NCBI GenBank assembly: GCA_964057225.1
Contig: OZ059898.1
Span: forward strand, 17,794,001-17,858,000
Source: Auanema rhodensis
Taxonomy: Eukaryota; Animalia; Nematoda
Reading direction: 5' to 3'
DNA length: 64,000 bases
The translations under genes and the position numbers were made by a program. This document shows positions 40,801-55,600 of the stretch, piece by piece; positions within the stretch are counted from its first letter, which is position 1; each line of letters begins with the position of its first letter. Below the pieces are notes generated by a model. That model was not told the origin of the DNA and ran no database searches. It saw nothing but the letters and a program-made list of their open reading frames with translations.

Positions 40801-43800
40801 AGCGCAAATCTGATAACACAGATCGACGCAGCTTAAAAATCCGCATCGAATGCACTATACTACATTGAGAAACGCTTGATACAAAAATTAGTTATGATCG
40901 TTTGAAAAATGATGCATTAGTGTATTTTGAGTTTCCATGTACACTCAACATTGCTTCCAAAAACATTTTGACAAAAATTTTTCCGAAAAATTTCAAAATA
41001 ATTTCGCAAAAAGTAGATGTTTTTAGATTTTTTTTTTCAAGGCAAAGACGATGGACAATGTTATTCAACGAAAAAATTAATTCTTCAGGGTGAAAATCGA
41101 GGATATAAGTGTGAACTTATATCAGTTGATATCTCGGTGCATTTTTAAGCTAGCGCAAATCTGATAACACAGATCGATGCAGCTTAAAAATCCGCATCGA
41201 ATGCACTATACTACATTGAGAAACGCTTGATACAAAAATTAGTTATGATCGTTTGAAAAATGATGCATTAGTGTATTTTGAGTTTCCATGTACACTCAAC
41301 ATTGCTTCCAAAAACATTTTGACAAAAATTTTTTCGAAAAATTTCAATATAATTTCGCAAAAAGTAAAAATTTTTAGATTCCTTTTTTCAAGGCAAAAAC
41401 GATGGACAATGTTATTCAACGAAAAAATTAATTCTTCAGGGTGAAAATCGAGGATATAAGTGTGAACTTATATCAGTTGATATCTCGGTGCATTTTTAAG
41501 CTAGCGCAAATCTGATAACACAGATCGACGCAGCTTAAAAATCCGCATCGAATGCACTATACTACATTGAGAAACGCTTGATACAAAAATTAGTTATGAT
41601 CGTTTGAAAAATGATGCATTAGTGTATTTTGAGTTTCCATGTACACTCAACATTGCTTCCAAAAACATTTTGACAAAAATTTTTCCGAAAAATTTCAAAA
41701 TAATTTCGCAAAAAGTAGATGTTTTTAGATTTTTTTTTTCAAGGCAAAGACGATGGACAAGGTTATTCAACGAAAAAATTAATTCTTCAGGGTGAAAATC
41801 GAGGATATAAGTGTGAACTTATATCAGTTGATATCTCGGTGCATTTTTAAGCTAGCGCAAATCTGATAACACAGATCGATGCAGCTTAAAAATCCGCATC
41901 GAATGCACTATACTACATTGAGAAACGCTTGATACAAAAATTAGTTATGATCGTTTGAAAAATGATGCATTAGTGTATTTTGAGTTTCCATGTACACTCA
42001 ACATTGCTTCCAAAAACATTTTGACAAAAATTTTTCCGAAAAATTTCAAAATAATTTCGCAAAAAGTAGATGTTTTTAGATTTTTTTTTTCAAGGCAAAG
42101 ACGATGGACAATGTTATTCAACGAAAAAATTAATTCTTCAGGGTGAAAATCGAGGATATAAGTGTGAACTTATATCAGTTGATATCTCGGTGCATTTTTA
42201 AGCTAGCGCAAATCTGATAACACAGATCGACGCAGCTTAAAAATTCGCATCGAGTGCACTATACTACATTGAGAAACGCTTGATACAAAAATTAGTTATG
42301 ATCTTTTGAAAAATGATGCATTAGTGTATTTTGAGTTTCCATGTACACTCAACATTGCTTCCAAAAACATTTTGACAAAAATTTTTTCGAAAAATTTCAA
42401 AATAATTTCGCAAAAAGTAGATGTTTTTAGATTTTTTTTTTCAAGGCAAAGACGATGGACAATGTTATTCAACGAAAAAATTAATTCTTCAGGGTGAAAA
42501 TCGAGGATATAAGTGTGAACTTATATCAGTTGATATCTTGGTGCATTTTTAAGCTAGCGCAAATCTGATAACACAGATCGATGCAGCTTAAAAATCCGCA
42601 TCGAATGCACTATACTACATTGAGAAACGCTTGATACAAAAATTAGTTATGATCGTTTGAAAAATGATGCATTAGTGTATTTTGAGTTTCCATGTACACT
42701 CAACATTGCTTCCAAAAACATTTTGACAAAAATTTTTTCGAAAAATTTCAAAATAATTTCGCAAAAAGTAAAAATTTTTAGATTCCTTTTTTCAAGGCAA
42801 AAACGATGGACAATGTTATTCAACGAAAAAATTAATTCTTCAGGGTGAAAATCGAGGATATAAGTGTGAACTTATATCAGTTGATATCTCGGTGCATTTT
42901 TAAGCTAGCGCAAATCTGATAACACAGATCGACGCAGCTTAAAAATCCGCATCGAATGCACTATACTACATTGAGAAACGCTTGATACAAAAATTAGTTA
43001 TGATCGTTTGAAAAATGATGCATTAGTGTATTTTGAGTTTCCATGTACACTCAACATTGCTTCCAAAAACATTTTGACAAAAATTTTTCCGAAAAATTTC
43101 AAAATAATTTCGCAAAAAGTAGATGTTTTTAGATTTTTTTTTTCAAGGCAAAGACGATGGACAAGGTTATTCAACGAAAAAATTAATTCTTCAGGGTGAA
43201 AATCGAGGATATAAGTGTGAACTTATATCAGTTGATATCTCGGTGCATTTTTAAGCTAGCGCAAATCTGATAACACAGATCGATGCAGCTTAAAAATCCG
43301 CATCGAATGCACTATACTACATTGAGAAACGCTTGATACAAAAATTAGTTATGATCGTTTGAAAAATGATGCATTAGTGTATTTTGAGTTTCCATGTACA
43401 CTCAACATTGCTTCCAAAAACATTTTGACAAAAATTTTTCCGAAAAATTTCAAAATAATTTCGCAAAAAGTAGATGTTTTTAGATTTTTTATTTCAAGGC
43501 AAAGACGATGGACAATGTTATTCAACGAAAAAATTAATTCTTCAGGGTGAAAATCGAGGATATAAGTGTGAACTTATATCAGTTGATATCTCGGTGCATT
43601 TTTAAGCTAGCGCAAATCTGATAACACAGATCGACGCAGCTTAAAAATTCGCATCGAGTGCACTATACTACATTGAGAAACGCTTGATACAAAAATTAGT
43701 TATGATCGTTTGAAAAATGATGCATTAGTGTATTTTGAGTTTCCATGTACACTCAACATTGCTTCCAAAAACATTTTGACAAAAATTTTTCCGAAAAATT

Positions 43801-46800
43801 TCAAAATAATTTCGCAAAAAGTAGATGTTTTTAGATTTTTTTTTTCAAGGCAAAGACGATGGACAAGGTTATTCAACGAAAAAATTAATTCTTCAGGGTG
43901 AAAATCGAGGATATAAGTGTGAACTTATATCAGTTGATATCTCGGTGCATTTTTAAGCTAGCGCAAATCTGATAACACAGATCGATGCAGCTTAAAAATC
44001 CGCATCGAATGCACTATACTACATTGAGAAACGCTTGATACAAAAATTAGTTATGATCGTTTGAAAAATGATGCATTAGTGTATTTTGAGTTTCCATGTA
44101 CACTCAACATTGCTTCCAAAAACATTTTGACAAAAATTTTTCCGAAAAATTTCAAAATAATTTCGCAAAAAGTAGATGTTTTTAGATTTTTTTTTTCAAG
44201 GCAAAGACGATGGACAATGTTATTCAACGAAAAAATTAATTCTTCAGGGTGAAAATCGAGGATATAAGTGTGAACTTATATCAGTTGATATCTCGGTGCA
44301 TTTTTAAGCTAGCGCAAATCTGATAACACAGATCGACGCAGCTTAAAAATTCGCATCGAGTGCACTATACTACATTGAGAAACGCTTGATACAAAAATTA
44401 GTTATGATCTTTTGAAAAATGATGCATTAGTGTATTTTGAGTTTCCATGTACACTCAACATTGCTTCCAAAAACATTTTGACAAAAATTTTTTCGAAAAA
44501 TTTCAAAATAATTTCGCAAAAAGTAGATGTTTTTAGATTTTTTTTTTCAAGGCAAAGACGATGGACAATGTTATTCAACGAAAAAATTAATTCTTCAGGG
44601 TGAAAATCGAGGATATAAGTGTGAACTTATATCAGTTGATATCTTGGTGCATTTTTAAGCTAGCGCAAATCTGATAACACAGATCGATGCAGCTTAAAAA
44701 TCCGCATCGAATGCACTATACTACATTGAGAAACGCTTGATACAAAAATTAGTTATGATCGTTTGAAAAATGATGCATTAGTGTATTTTGAGTTTCCATG
44801 TACACTCAACATTGCTTCCAAAAACATTTTGACAAAAATTTTTTCGAAAAATTTCAAAATAATTTCGCAAAAAGTAAAAATTTTTAGATTCCTTTTTTCA
44901 AGGCAAAAACGATGGACAATGTTATTCAACGAAAAAATTAATTCTTCAGGGTGAAAATCGAGGATATAAGTGTGAACTTATATCAGTTGATATCTCGGTG
45001 CATTTTTAAGCTAGCGCAAATCTGATAACACAGATCGACGCAGCTTAAAAATCCGCATCGAATGCACTATACTACATTGAGAAACGCTTGATACAAAAAT
45101 TAGTTATGATCGTTTGAAAAATGATGCATTAGTGTATTTTGAGTTTCCATGTACACTCAACATTGCTTCCAAAAACATTTTGACAAAAATTTTTCCGAAA
45201 AATTTCAAAATAATTTCGCAAAAAGTAGATGTTTTTAGATTTTTTTTTTCAAGGCAAAGACGATGGACAAGGTTATTCAACGAAAAAATTAATTCTTCAG
45301 GGTGAAAATCGAGGATATAAGTGTGAACTTATATCAGTTGATATCTCGGTGCATTTTTAAGCTAGCGCAAATCTGATAACACAGATCGATGCAGCTTAAA
45401 AATCCGCATCGAATGCACTATACTACATTGAGAAACGCTTGATACAAAAATTAGTTATGATCGTTTGAAAAATGATGCATTAGTGTATTTTGAGTTTCCA
45501 TGTACACTCAACATTGCTTCCAAAAACATTTTGACAAAAATTTTTCCGAAAAATTTCAAAATAATTTCGCAAAAAGTAGATGTTTTTAGATTTTTTATTT
45601 CAAGGCAAAGACGATGGACAATGTTATTCAACGAAAAAATTAATTCTTCAGGGTGAAAATCGAGGATATAAGTGTGAACTTATATCAGTTGATATCTCGG
45701 TGCATTTTTAAGCTAGCGCAAATCTGATAACACAGATCGACGCAGCTTAAAAATTCGCATCGAGTGCACTATACTACATTGAGAAACGCTTGATACAAAA
45801 ATTAGTTATGATCGTTTGAAAAATGATGCATTAGTGTATTTTGAGTTTCCATGTACACTCAACATTGCTTCCAAAAACATTTTGACAAAAATTTTTCCGA
45901 AAAATTTCAAAATAATTTCGCAAAAAGTAGATGTTTTTAGATTTTTTTTTTCAAGGCAAAGACGATGGACAAGGTTATTCAACGAAAAAATTGATTCTTC
46001 CGGGTGAAAATCGAGGATATAAGTGTGAACTTATATCAGTTGATATCTCAGTGCATTTTTCAGCTAGCGCAAATCTGATAACACAGATCGACGCAGCTTA
46101 AAAATCCGCATCGAATGCACTATACTACATTGAGAAACGCTTAATACAAAAATTAGTTATGATCGTTTGGAAAATGATGCATTAGTGTATTTTGAGTTTC
46201 CATGTACACTCAACATTGCTTCCAAAAACATTTTGACAAAAATTTTTCCGAAAAATTTCAGAATAATTTTGCAAAAAGTAGATGTTTTTAGATTTTTTTT
46301 TTCAAGGCAAAGACGATGGACAAGGTTATTCAACGAAAAAATTAATTCTTCAGGGTGAAAATCGAGGATATAAGTGTGAACTTATATCAGTTGATATCTC
46401 GGTGCATTTTTAAGCTAGCGCAAATCTGATAACACAGATCGATGCAGCTTAAAAATCCGCATCGAATGCACTATACTACATTGAGAAACGCTTGATACAA
46501 AAATTAGTTATGATCGTTTGAAAAATGATGCATTAGTGTATTTTGAGTTTCCATGTACACTCAACATTGCTTCCAAAAACATTTTGACAAAAATTTTTCC
46601 GAAAAATTTCAAAATAATTTCGCAAAAAGTAGATGTTTTTAGATTTTTTTTTTCAAGGCAAAGACGATGGACAATGTTATTCAACGAAAAAATTAATTCT
46701 TCAGGGTGAAAATCGAGGATATAAGTGTGAACTTATATCAGTTGATATCTCGGTGCATTTTTAAGCTAGCGCAAATCTGATAACACAGATCGATGCAGCT

Positions 46801-49676
46801 TAAAAATCCGCATCGAATGCACTATACTACATTGAGAAACGCTTGATACAAAAATTAGTTATGATCGTTTGAAAAATGATGCATTAGTGTATTTTGAGTT
46901 TCCATGTACACTCAACATTGCTTCCAAAAACATTTTGACAAAAATTTTTTCGAAAAATTTCAAAATAATTTCGCAAAAAGTAGATGTTTTTAGATTTTTT
47001 TTTTCAAGGCAAAGACGATGGACAAGGTTATTCAACGAAAAAATTAATTCTTCAGGGTGAAAATCGAGGATATAAGTGTGAACTTATATCAGTTGATATC
47101 TCGGTGCATTTTTAAGCTAGCGCAAATCTGATAACACAGATCGATGCAGCTTAAAAATCCGCATCGAATGCACTATACTACATTGAGAAACGCTTGATAC
47201 AAAAATTAGTTATGATCGTTTGAAAAATGATGCATTAGTGTATTTTGAGTTTCCATGTACACTCAACATTGCTTCCAAAAACATTTTGACAAAAATTTTT
47301 CCGAAAAATTTCAAAATAATTTCGCAAAAAGTAGATGTTTTTAGATTTTTTTTTTCAAGGCAAAGACGATGGACAATGTTATTCAACGAAAAAATTAATT
47401 CTTCAGGGTGAAAATCGAGGATATAAGTGTGAACTTATATCAGTTGATATCTCGGTGCATTTTTAAGCTAGCGCAAATCTGATAACACAGATCGACGCAG
47501 CTTAAAAATTCGCATCGAGTGCACTATACTACATTGAGAAACGCTTGATACAAAAATTAGTTATGATCGTTTGAAAAATGATGCATTAGTGTATTTTGAG
47601 TTTCCATGTACACTCAACATTGCTTCCAAAAACATTTTGACAAAAATTTTTCCGAAAAATTTCAAAATAATTTCGCAAAAAGTAGATGTTTTTAGATTTT
47701 TTTTTTCAAGGCAAAGACGATGGACAAGGTTATTCAACGAAAAAATTGATTCTTCCGGGTGAAAATCGAGGATATAAGTGTGAACTTATATCAGTTGATA
47801 TCTCAGTGCATTTTTCAGCTAGCGCAAATCTGATAACACAGATCGACGCAGCTTAAAAATCCGCATCGAATGCACTATACTACATTGAGAAACGCTTAAT
47901 ACAAAAATTAGTTATGATCGTTTGGAAAATGATGCATTAGTGTATTTTGAGTTTCCATGTACACTCAACATTGCTTCCAAAAACATTTTGACAAAAATTT
48001 TTCCGAAAAATTTCAAAATAATTTTGCAAAAAGTAGATGTTTTTAGATTTTTTTTTTCAAGGCAAAGACGATGGACAAGGTTATTCAACGAAAAAATTAA
48101 TTCTTCAGGGTGAAAATCGAGGATATAAGTGTGAACTTATATCAGTTGATATCTCGGTGCATTTTTAAGCTAGCGCAAATCTGATAACACAGATCGATGC
48201 AGCTTAAAAATCCGCATCGAATGCACTATACTACATTGAGAAACGCTTGATACAAAAATTAGTTATGATCGTTTGAAAAATGATGCATTAGTGTATTTTG
48301 AGTTTCCATGTACACTCAACATTGCTTCCAAAAACATTTTGACAAAAATTTTTCCGAAAAATTTCAAAATAATTTCGCAAAAAGTAGATGTTTTTAGATT
48401 TTTTTTTTCAAGGCAAAGACGATGGACAAGGTTATTCAACGAAAAAATTAATTCTTCAGGGTGAAAATCGAGGATATAAGTGTGAACTTATATCAGTTGA
48501 TATCTCGGTGCATTTTTAAGCTAGCGCAAATCTGATAACACAGATCGATGCAGCTTAAAAATCCGCATCGAATGCACTATACTACATTGAGAAACGCTTA
48601 ATACAAAAATTTGTTATGATCGTTTGGAAAATGATGCATTAGTGTATGTTGAGTTTCCATGTACACTCAACATTGCTTCCAAAAACATTTTGACAAAAAT
48701 TTTTCCGAAAAATTTCAAAATAATTTCGCAAAAAGTAGATGTTTTTAGATTTTTTTTTTCAAGGCAAAGACGATGGACAAGGTTATTCAACGAAAAAATT
48801 GATTCTTCCGGGTGAAAATCGAGGATATAAGTGTGAACTTATATCAGTTGATATCTCAGTGCATTTTTCAGCTAGCGCAAATCTAATAACACAGATCGAC
48901 GCAGCTTAAAAATCCGCATCGAATGCACTATACTACATTGAGAAACGCTTGATACAAAAATTAGTTATGATCGTTTGAAAAATGATGCATTAGTGTATTT
49001 TGAGTTTCCATGTACACTCAACATTGCTTCCAAAAACATTTTGACAAAAATTTTTCCGAAAAATTTCAAAATAATTTCGCAAAAAGTAGATGTTTTTAGA
49101 TTTTTTTTTTCAAGGCAAAGACGATGGACAAGGTTATTCAACGAAAAAATTAATTCTTCAGGGTGAAAATCGAGGATATAAGTGTGAACATATATCAGTT
49201 GATATCTCGGTGCATTTTTAAGCTAGCGCAAATCTGATAACACAGATCGATGCAGCTTAAAAATCCGCATCGAATGCACTATACTACATTGAGAAACGCT
49301 TGATACAAAAATTAGTTATGATCGTTTGAAAAATGATGCATTAGTGTATTTTGAGTTTCCATGTACACTCAACATTGCTTCCAAAAACATTTTGACAAAA
49401 ATTTTTTCGAAAAATTTCAAAATAATTTCGCAAAAAGTAGATGTTTTCAGATTTTTTTTTTCAAGGCAAAGACGATGGACGATGTTATTCAACGAAAAAA
49501 TTAATTCTTCAGGGTGAAAATCGAGGATATAAGTGTGAACTTATATCAGTTGATATCTCGGTGCATTTTTAAGCTAGCGCAAATCTGATAACACAGATCG
49601 ACGCAGCTTAAAAATGCGCATCGAATGCACTATACTACATTGAGAAACGCTCGATACAAAAATTAGTTATGATCGT
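25107..49676 (+). repeat. SatB homogeneous core: 69 consecutive intervals in exact 351-bp register, with 5-, 6- and 7-mer duplications
   Basis: 49326-25107 = 24219 = 69 x 351 and all listed ORF starts in between are in register. 7-mer at 27564>30021, 6-mer at 42306>44412, 5-mer at 45816>47571. The variant GACAAGGTT first appears near 26310. Confidence 0.9.
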
Positions 49677-52600
49677 TTGAAAATGATGCATTAGTGTATT
49701 TTGAGTTTCCATGTACACTCAACATTGCTTCCAAAACATTTTGACAAAAATTTTTTCGAAAAATTTCAAAATAATTTCGCAAAAAGTAGATGTTTTTAGA
49801 TTTTTTTTTCAAGGCAAAGACGATGGACAAGGTTATTCAACGAAAAAATTAATTCTTCAGGGTGAAAATCGAGGATATAAGTGTGAACTTATATCAGTTG
49901 ATATCTCGGTGCATTTTCAAGCTAGCGCAAATCTAATAACACAGATCGACGCAGCTTAAAAATCTGCATCGAATGCACTATACTACATTGAGAAACGCTT
50001 AATACAAAAATTAGTTATGATCGTTTGGAAAATGATGCATTAGTGTATGTTGAGTTTCCATGTATGTACACTCAACATTGCTTCCAAAAACATTTTGACA
50101 AAAATTTTTTCGAAAAATTTCAAGATAATTTCGCAAAAAGTAAATGTTTTTAGATTTTTTTTTCAAGGCAAAGACGATGGACGATGTTATTCAACGAAAA
50201 AATTAATTCTTCAGGGTGAAAATCGAGGATATAAGTGTGAACTTATATCAGTTGATATCTCGGTGCATTTTTAAGCTAGCGCAAATCTGATAACACAGAT
50301 CGACGCAGCTTAAAAATCCGCATCGAATGCACTATACTACATTGAGAAACGCTTGATACAAAAATTAGTTATGATCGTTTGAAAAATGATGCATTAGTGT
50401 ATTTTGAGTTTCCATGTACACTCAACATTGCTTCCAAAAACATTTTGACAAAAATTTTTTCGAAAAATTTCAAAATAATTTCGCAAAAAGTAGATGTTTT
50501 CAGATTTTTTTTTTCAAGGCAAAGACGATGGACGATGTTATTCAACGAAAAAATTAATTCTTCAGGGTGAAAATCGAGGATATAAGTGTGAACTTATATC
50601 AGTTGATATCTCGGTGCATTTTTAAGCTAGCGCAAATCTGATAACACAGATCGACGCAGCTTAAAAATGCGCATCGAATGCACTATACTACATTGAGAAA
50701 CGCTCGATACAAAAATTAGTTATGATCGTTTGAAAATGATGCATTAGTGTATTTTGAGTTTCCATGTACACTCAACATTGCTTCCAAAACATTTTGACAA
50801 AAATTTTTTCGAAAAATTTCAAAATAATTTCGCAAAAAGTAGATGTTTTTAGATTTTTTTTTCAAGGCAAAGACGATGGACAAGGTTATTCAACGAAAAA
50901 ATTAATTCTTCAGGGTGAAAATCGAGGATATAAGTGTGAACTTATATCAGTTGATATCTCGGTGCATTTTCAAGCTAGCGCAAATCTAATAACACAGATC
51001 GACGCAGCTTAAAAATCTGCATCGAATGCACTATACTACATTGAGAAACGCTTAATACAAAAATTAGTTATGATCGTTTGGAAAATGATGCATTAGTGTA
51101 TGTTGAGTTTCCATGTATGTACACTCAACATTGCTTCCAAAAACATTTTGACAAAAATTTTTTCGAAAAATTTCAAGATAATTTCGCAAAAAGTAAATGT
51201 TTTTAGATTTTTTTTTCAAGGCAAAGACGATGGACGATGTTATTCAACAAAAAAATTAATTCTTCAGGGTGAAAATCGAGGATATAAGTGTGAACTTATA
51301 TCAGTTTATATCTCGGTGCATTTTTAAGCTAGCGCAAATCTGATAACACAGATCGATGCAGCTTAAAAATCCGCATCGAATGCACTATACTACATTGAGA
51401 AACGCTTAATACAAAAATTTGTTATGATCGTTTGGAAAATGATGCATTAGTGTATGTTGAGTTTCCATGTACACTCAACATTGCTTCCAAAAACATTTTG
51501 ACAAAAATTTTTCCGAAAAATTTCAAAATAATTTCGCAAAAAGTAGATGTTTTTAGATTTTTTTTTTCAAGGCAAAGACGATGGACAAGGTTATTCAACG
51601 AAAAAATTGATTCTTCCGGGTGAAAATCGAGGATATAAGTGTGAACTTATATCAGTTGATATCTCAGTGCATTTTTCAGCTAGCGCAAATCTAATAACAC
51701 AGATCGACGCAGCTTAAAAATCCGCATCGAATGCACTATACTACATTGAGAAACGCTTGATACAAAAATTAGTTATGATCGTTTGAAAAATGATGCATTA
51801 GTGTATTTTGAGTTTCCATGTACACTCAACATTGCTTCCAAAAACATTTTGACAAAAATTTTTCCGAAAAATTTCAAAATAATTTCGCAAAAAGTAGATG
51901 TTTTTAGATTTTTTTTTTCAAGGCAAAGACGATGGACAAGGTTATTCAACGAAAAAATTAATTCTTCAGGGTGAAAATCGAGGATATAAGTGTGAACATA
52001 TATCAGTTGATATCTCGGTGCATTTTTAAGCTAGCGCAAATCTGATAACACAGATCGATGCAGCTTAAAAATCCGCATCGAATGCACTATACTACATTGA
52101 GAAACGCTTGATACAAAAATTAGTTATGATCGTTTGAAAAATGATGCATTAGTGTATTTTGAGTTTCCATGTACACTCAACATTGCTTCCAAAAACATTT
52201 TGACAAAAATTTTTTCGAAAAATTTCAAAATAATTTCGCAAAAAGTAGATGTTTTCAGATTTTTTTTTTCAAGGCAAAGACGATGGACGATGTTATTCAA
52301 CGAAAAAATTAATTCTTCAGGGTGAAAATCGAGGATATAAGTGTGAACTTATATCAGTTGATATCTCGGTGCATTTTTAAGCTAGCGCAAATCTGATAAC
52401 ACAGATCGACGCAGCTTAAAAATGCGCATCGAATGCACTATACTACATTGAGAAACGCTCGATACAAAAATTAGTTATGATCGTTTGAAAATGATGCATT
52501 AGTGTATTTTGAGTTTCCATGTACACTCAACATTGCTTCCAAAACATTTTGACAAAAATTTTTTCGAAAAATTTCAAAATAATTTCGCAAAAAGTAGATG

Positions 52601-55600
52601 TTTTTAGATTTTTTTTTCAAGGCAAAGACGATGGACAAGGTTATTCAACGAAAAAATTAATTCTTCAGGGTGAAAATCGAGGATATAAGTGTGAACTTAT
52701 ATCAGTTGATATCTCGGTGCATTTTCAAGCTAGCGCAAATCTAATAACACAGATCGACGCAGCTTAAAAATCTGCATCGAATGCACTATACTACATTGAG
52801 AAACGCTTAATACAAAAATTAGTTATGATCGTTTGGAAAATGATGCATTAGTGTATGTTGAGTTTCCATGTATGTACACTCAACATTGCTTCCAAAAACA
52901 TTTTGACAAAATTTTTTTCGAGAAATTTCAAAATAATTTCGCAAACAGTAGATGTTTTTAGATTTTTTTTTTCAAGGCAAAGACGATGGACGATGTTATT
53001 CAACAAAAAAATTAATTCTTCAGGGTGAAAATCGAGGATATAAGTGTGAACTTATATCAGTTGATATCTCGGTGCATTTTTAAGCTAGCGCAAATCTGAT
53101 AACACAGATCGACGCAGCTTAAAAATGCGCATCGAATGCACTATACTACATTGAGAAACGCTTGATACAAAAATTAGTTATGATCGTTTGAAAATGATGC
53201 ATTAGTGTATTTTGAGTTTCCATGTACACTCAACATTGCTTCCAAAACATTTTGACAAAAATTTTTTCGAAAAATTTCAAAATAATTTCGCAAAAAGTAG
53301 ATGTTTTTAGATTTTTTTTTCAAGGCAAAGACGATGGACAAGGTTATTCAACGAAAAAATTAATTCTTCAGGGTGAAAATCGAGGATATAAGTGTGAACT
53401 TATATCAGTTTATATCTCGGTGCATTTTCAAGCTAGCGCAAATCTAATAACACAGATCGACGCAGCTTAAAAATCCGCATCGAATGCACTATACTACATT
53501 GAGAAACGCTTGATACAAAAATTAGTTATGATCGTTTGAAAAATGATGCATTAGTGTATTTTGAGTTTCCATGTACACTCAACATTGCTTCCAAAAACAT
53601 TTTGACAAAATTTTTTTCGAGAAATTTCAAAATAATTTCGCAAACAGTAGATGTTTTTAGATTTTTTTTTTCAAGGCAAAGACGATGGACGATGTTATTC
53701 AACAAAAAAATTAATTCTTCAGGGTGAAAATCGAGGATATAAGTGTGAACTTATATCAGTTGATATCTCGGTGCATTTTTAAGCTAGCGCGAATCTGATA
53801 ACACAGATCGACGCAGCTTAAAAATCCGCATCGAATGCACTATACTACATTGAGAAACGCTTGATACAAAAATTAGTTACGATCGTTTGAAAATGATGCA
53901 TTAGTGTATTTTGAGTTTCCATGTACACTCAACATTGCTTCCAAAACATTTTGACAAAAATTTTTTCGAAAAATTTCAAAATAATTTAGCAAAAAGTAGC
54001 TGTTTTTAGATTCCTTTTTTCAAGGCAAAAACGATGGACAATGTTATTCAACGAAAAAATTAATTCTTCAGGGTGAAAATCGAGGATATAAGTGTGAACT
54101 TATATCAGTTGATATCTCGGTGCATTTTTAAGCTAGCGCAAATCTGATAACACAGATCGACGCAGCTTAAAAATCCGCATCGAATGCACTATACTACATT
54201 GAGAAACGCTTGATACAAAAATTAGTTATGATCGTTTGAAAAATGATGCATTAGTGTATTTTGAGTTTCCATGTACACTCAACATTGCTTCCAAAAACAT
54301 TTTGACAAAAATTTTTCCGAAAAATTTCAAAATCATTTCGCAAAAAGTAGATGTTTTTAGATTTTTTTTTTCAAGGCAAAGACGATGGACGATGTTATTC
54401 AACAAAAAAATTAATTCTTCAGGGTGAAAATCGAGGATATAAGTGTGAACTTATATCAGTTGATATCTCGGTGCATTTTTAAGCTAGCGCGAATCTGATA
54501 ACACAGATCGACGCAGCTTAAAAATCCGCATCGAATGCACTATACTACATTGAGAAACGCTTGATACAAAAATTAGTTACGATCGTTTGAAAATGATGCA
54601 TTAGTGTATTTTGAGTTTCCATGTACACTCAACATTGCTTCCAAAACATTTTGACAAAAATTTTTTCGAAAAATTTCAAAATAATTTAGCAAAAAGTAGC
54701 TGTTTTTAGATTCCTTTTTTCAAGGCAAAAACGATGGACAATGTTATTCAACGAAAAAATTAATTCTTCAGGGTGAAAATCGAGGATATAAGTGTGAACT
54801 TATATCAGTTGATATCTCGGTGCATTTTTAAGCTAGCGCAAATCTGATAACACAGATCGACGCAGCTTAAAAATCCGCATCGAATGCACTATACTACATT
54901 GAGAAACGCTTGATACAAAAATTAGTTATGATCGTTTGAAAAATGATGCATTAGTGTATTTTGAGTTTCCATGTACACTCAACATTGCTTCCAAAAACAT
55001 TTTGACAAAAATTTTTCCGAAAAATTTCAAAATAATTTCGCAAAAAGTAGATGTTTTTAGATTTTTTTTTTCAAGGCAAAGACGATGGACAAGGTTATTC
55101 AACGAAAAAATTAATTCTTCAGGGTGAAAATCGAGGATATAAGTGTGAACTTATATCAGTTGATATCTCGGTGCATTTTCAAGCTAGCGCAAATCTAATA
55201 ACACAGATCGACGCAGCTTAAAAATCTGCATCGAATGCACTATACTACATTGAGAAACGCTTAATACAAAAATTAGTTATGATCGTTTGGAAAATGATGC
55301 ATTAGTGTATGTTGAGTTTCCATGTACACTCAACATTGCTTCCAAAAACATTTTGACAAAAATTTTTCCGAAAAATTTCAAAATAATTTTGCAAAAAGTA
55401 GATGTTTTTAGATTTTTTTTTCAAGGCAAAGACGATGGACAAGGTTATTCAACGAAAAAATTAATTCTTCAGGGTGAAAATCGAGGATATAAGTGTGAAC
55501 TTATATCAGTTGATATCTCGGTGCATTTTTAAGCTAGCGCAAATCTGATAACACAGATCGACGCAGCTTAAAAATCCGCATCGAATGCACTATACTACAT

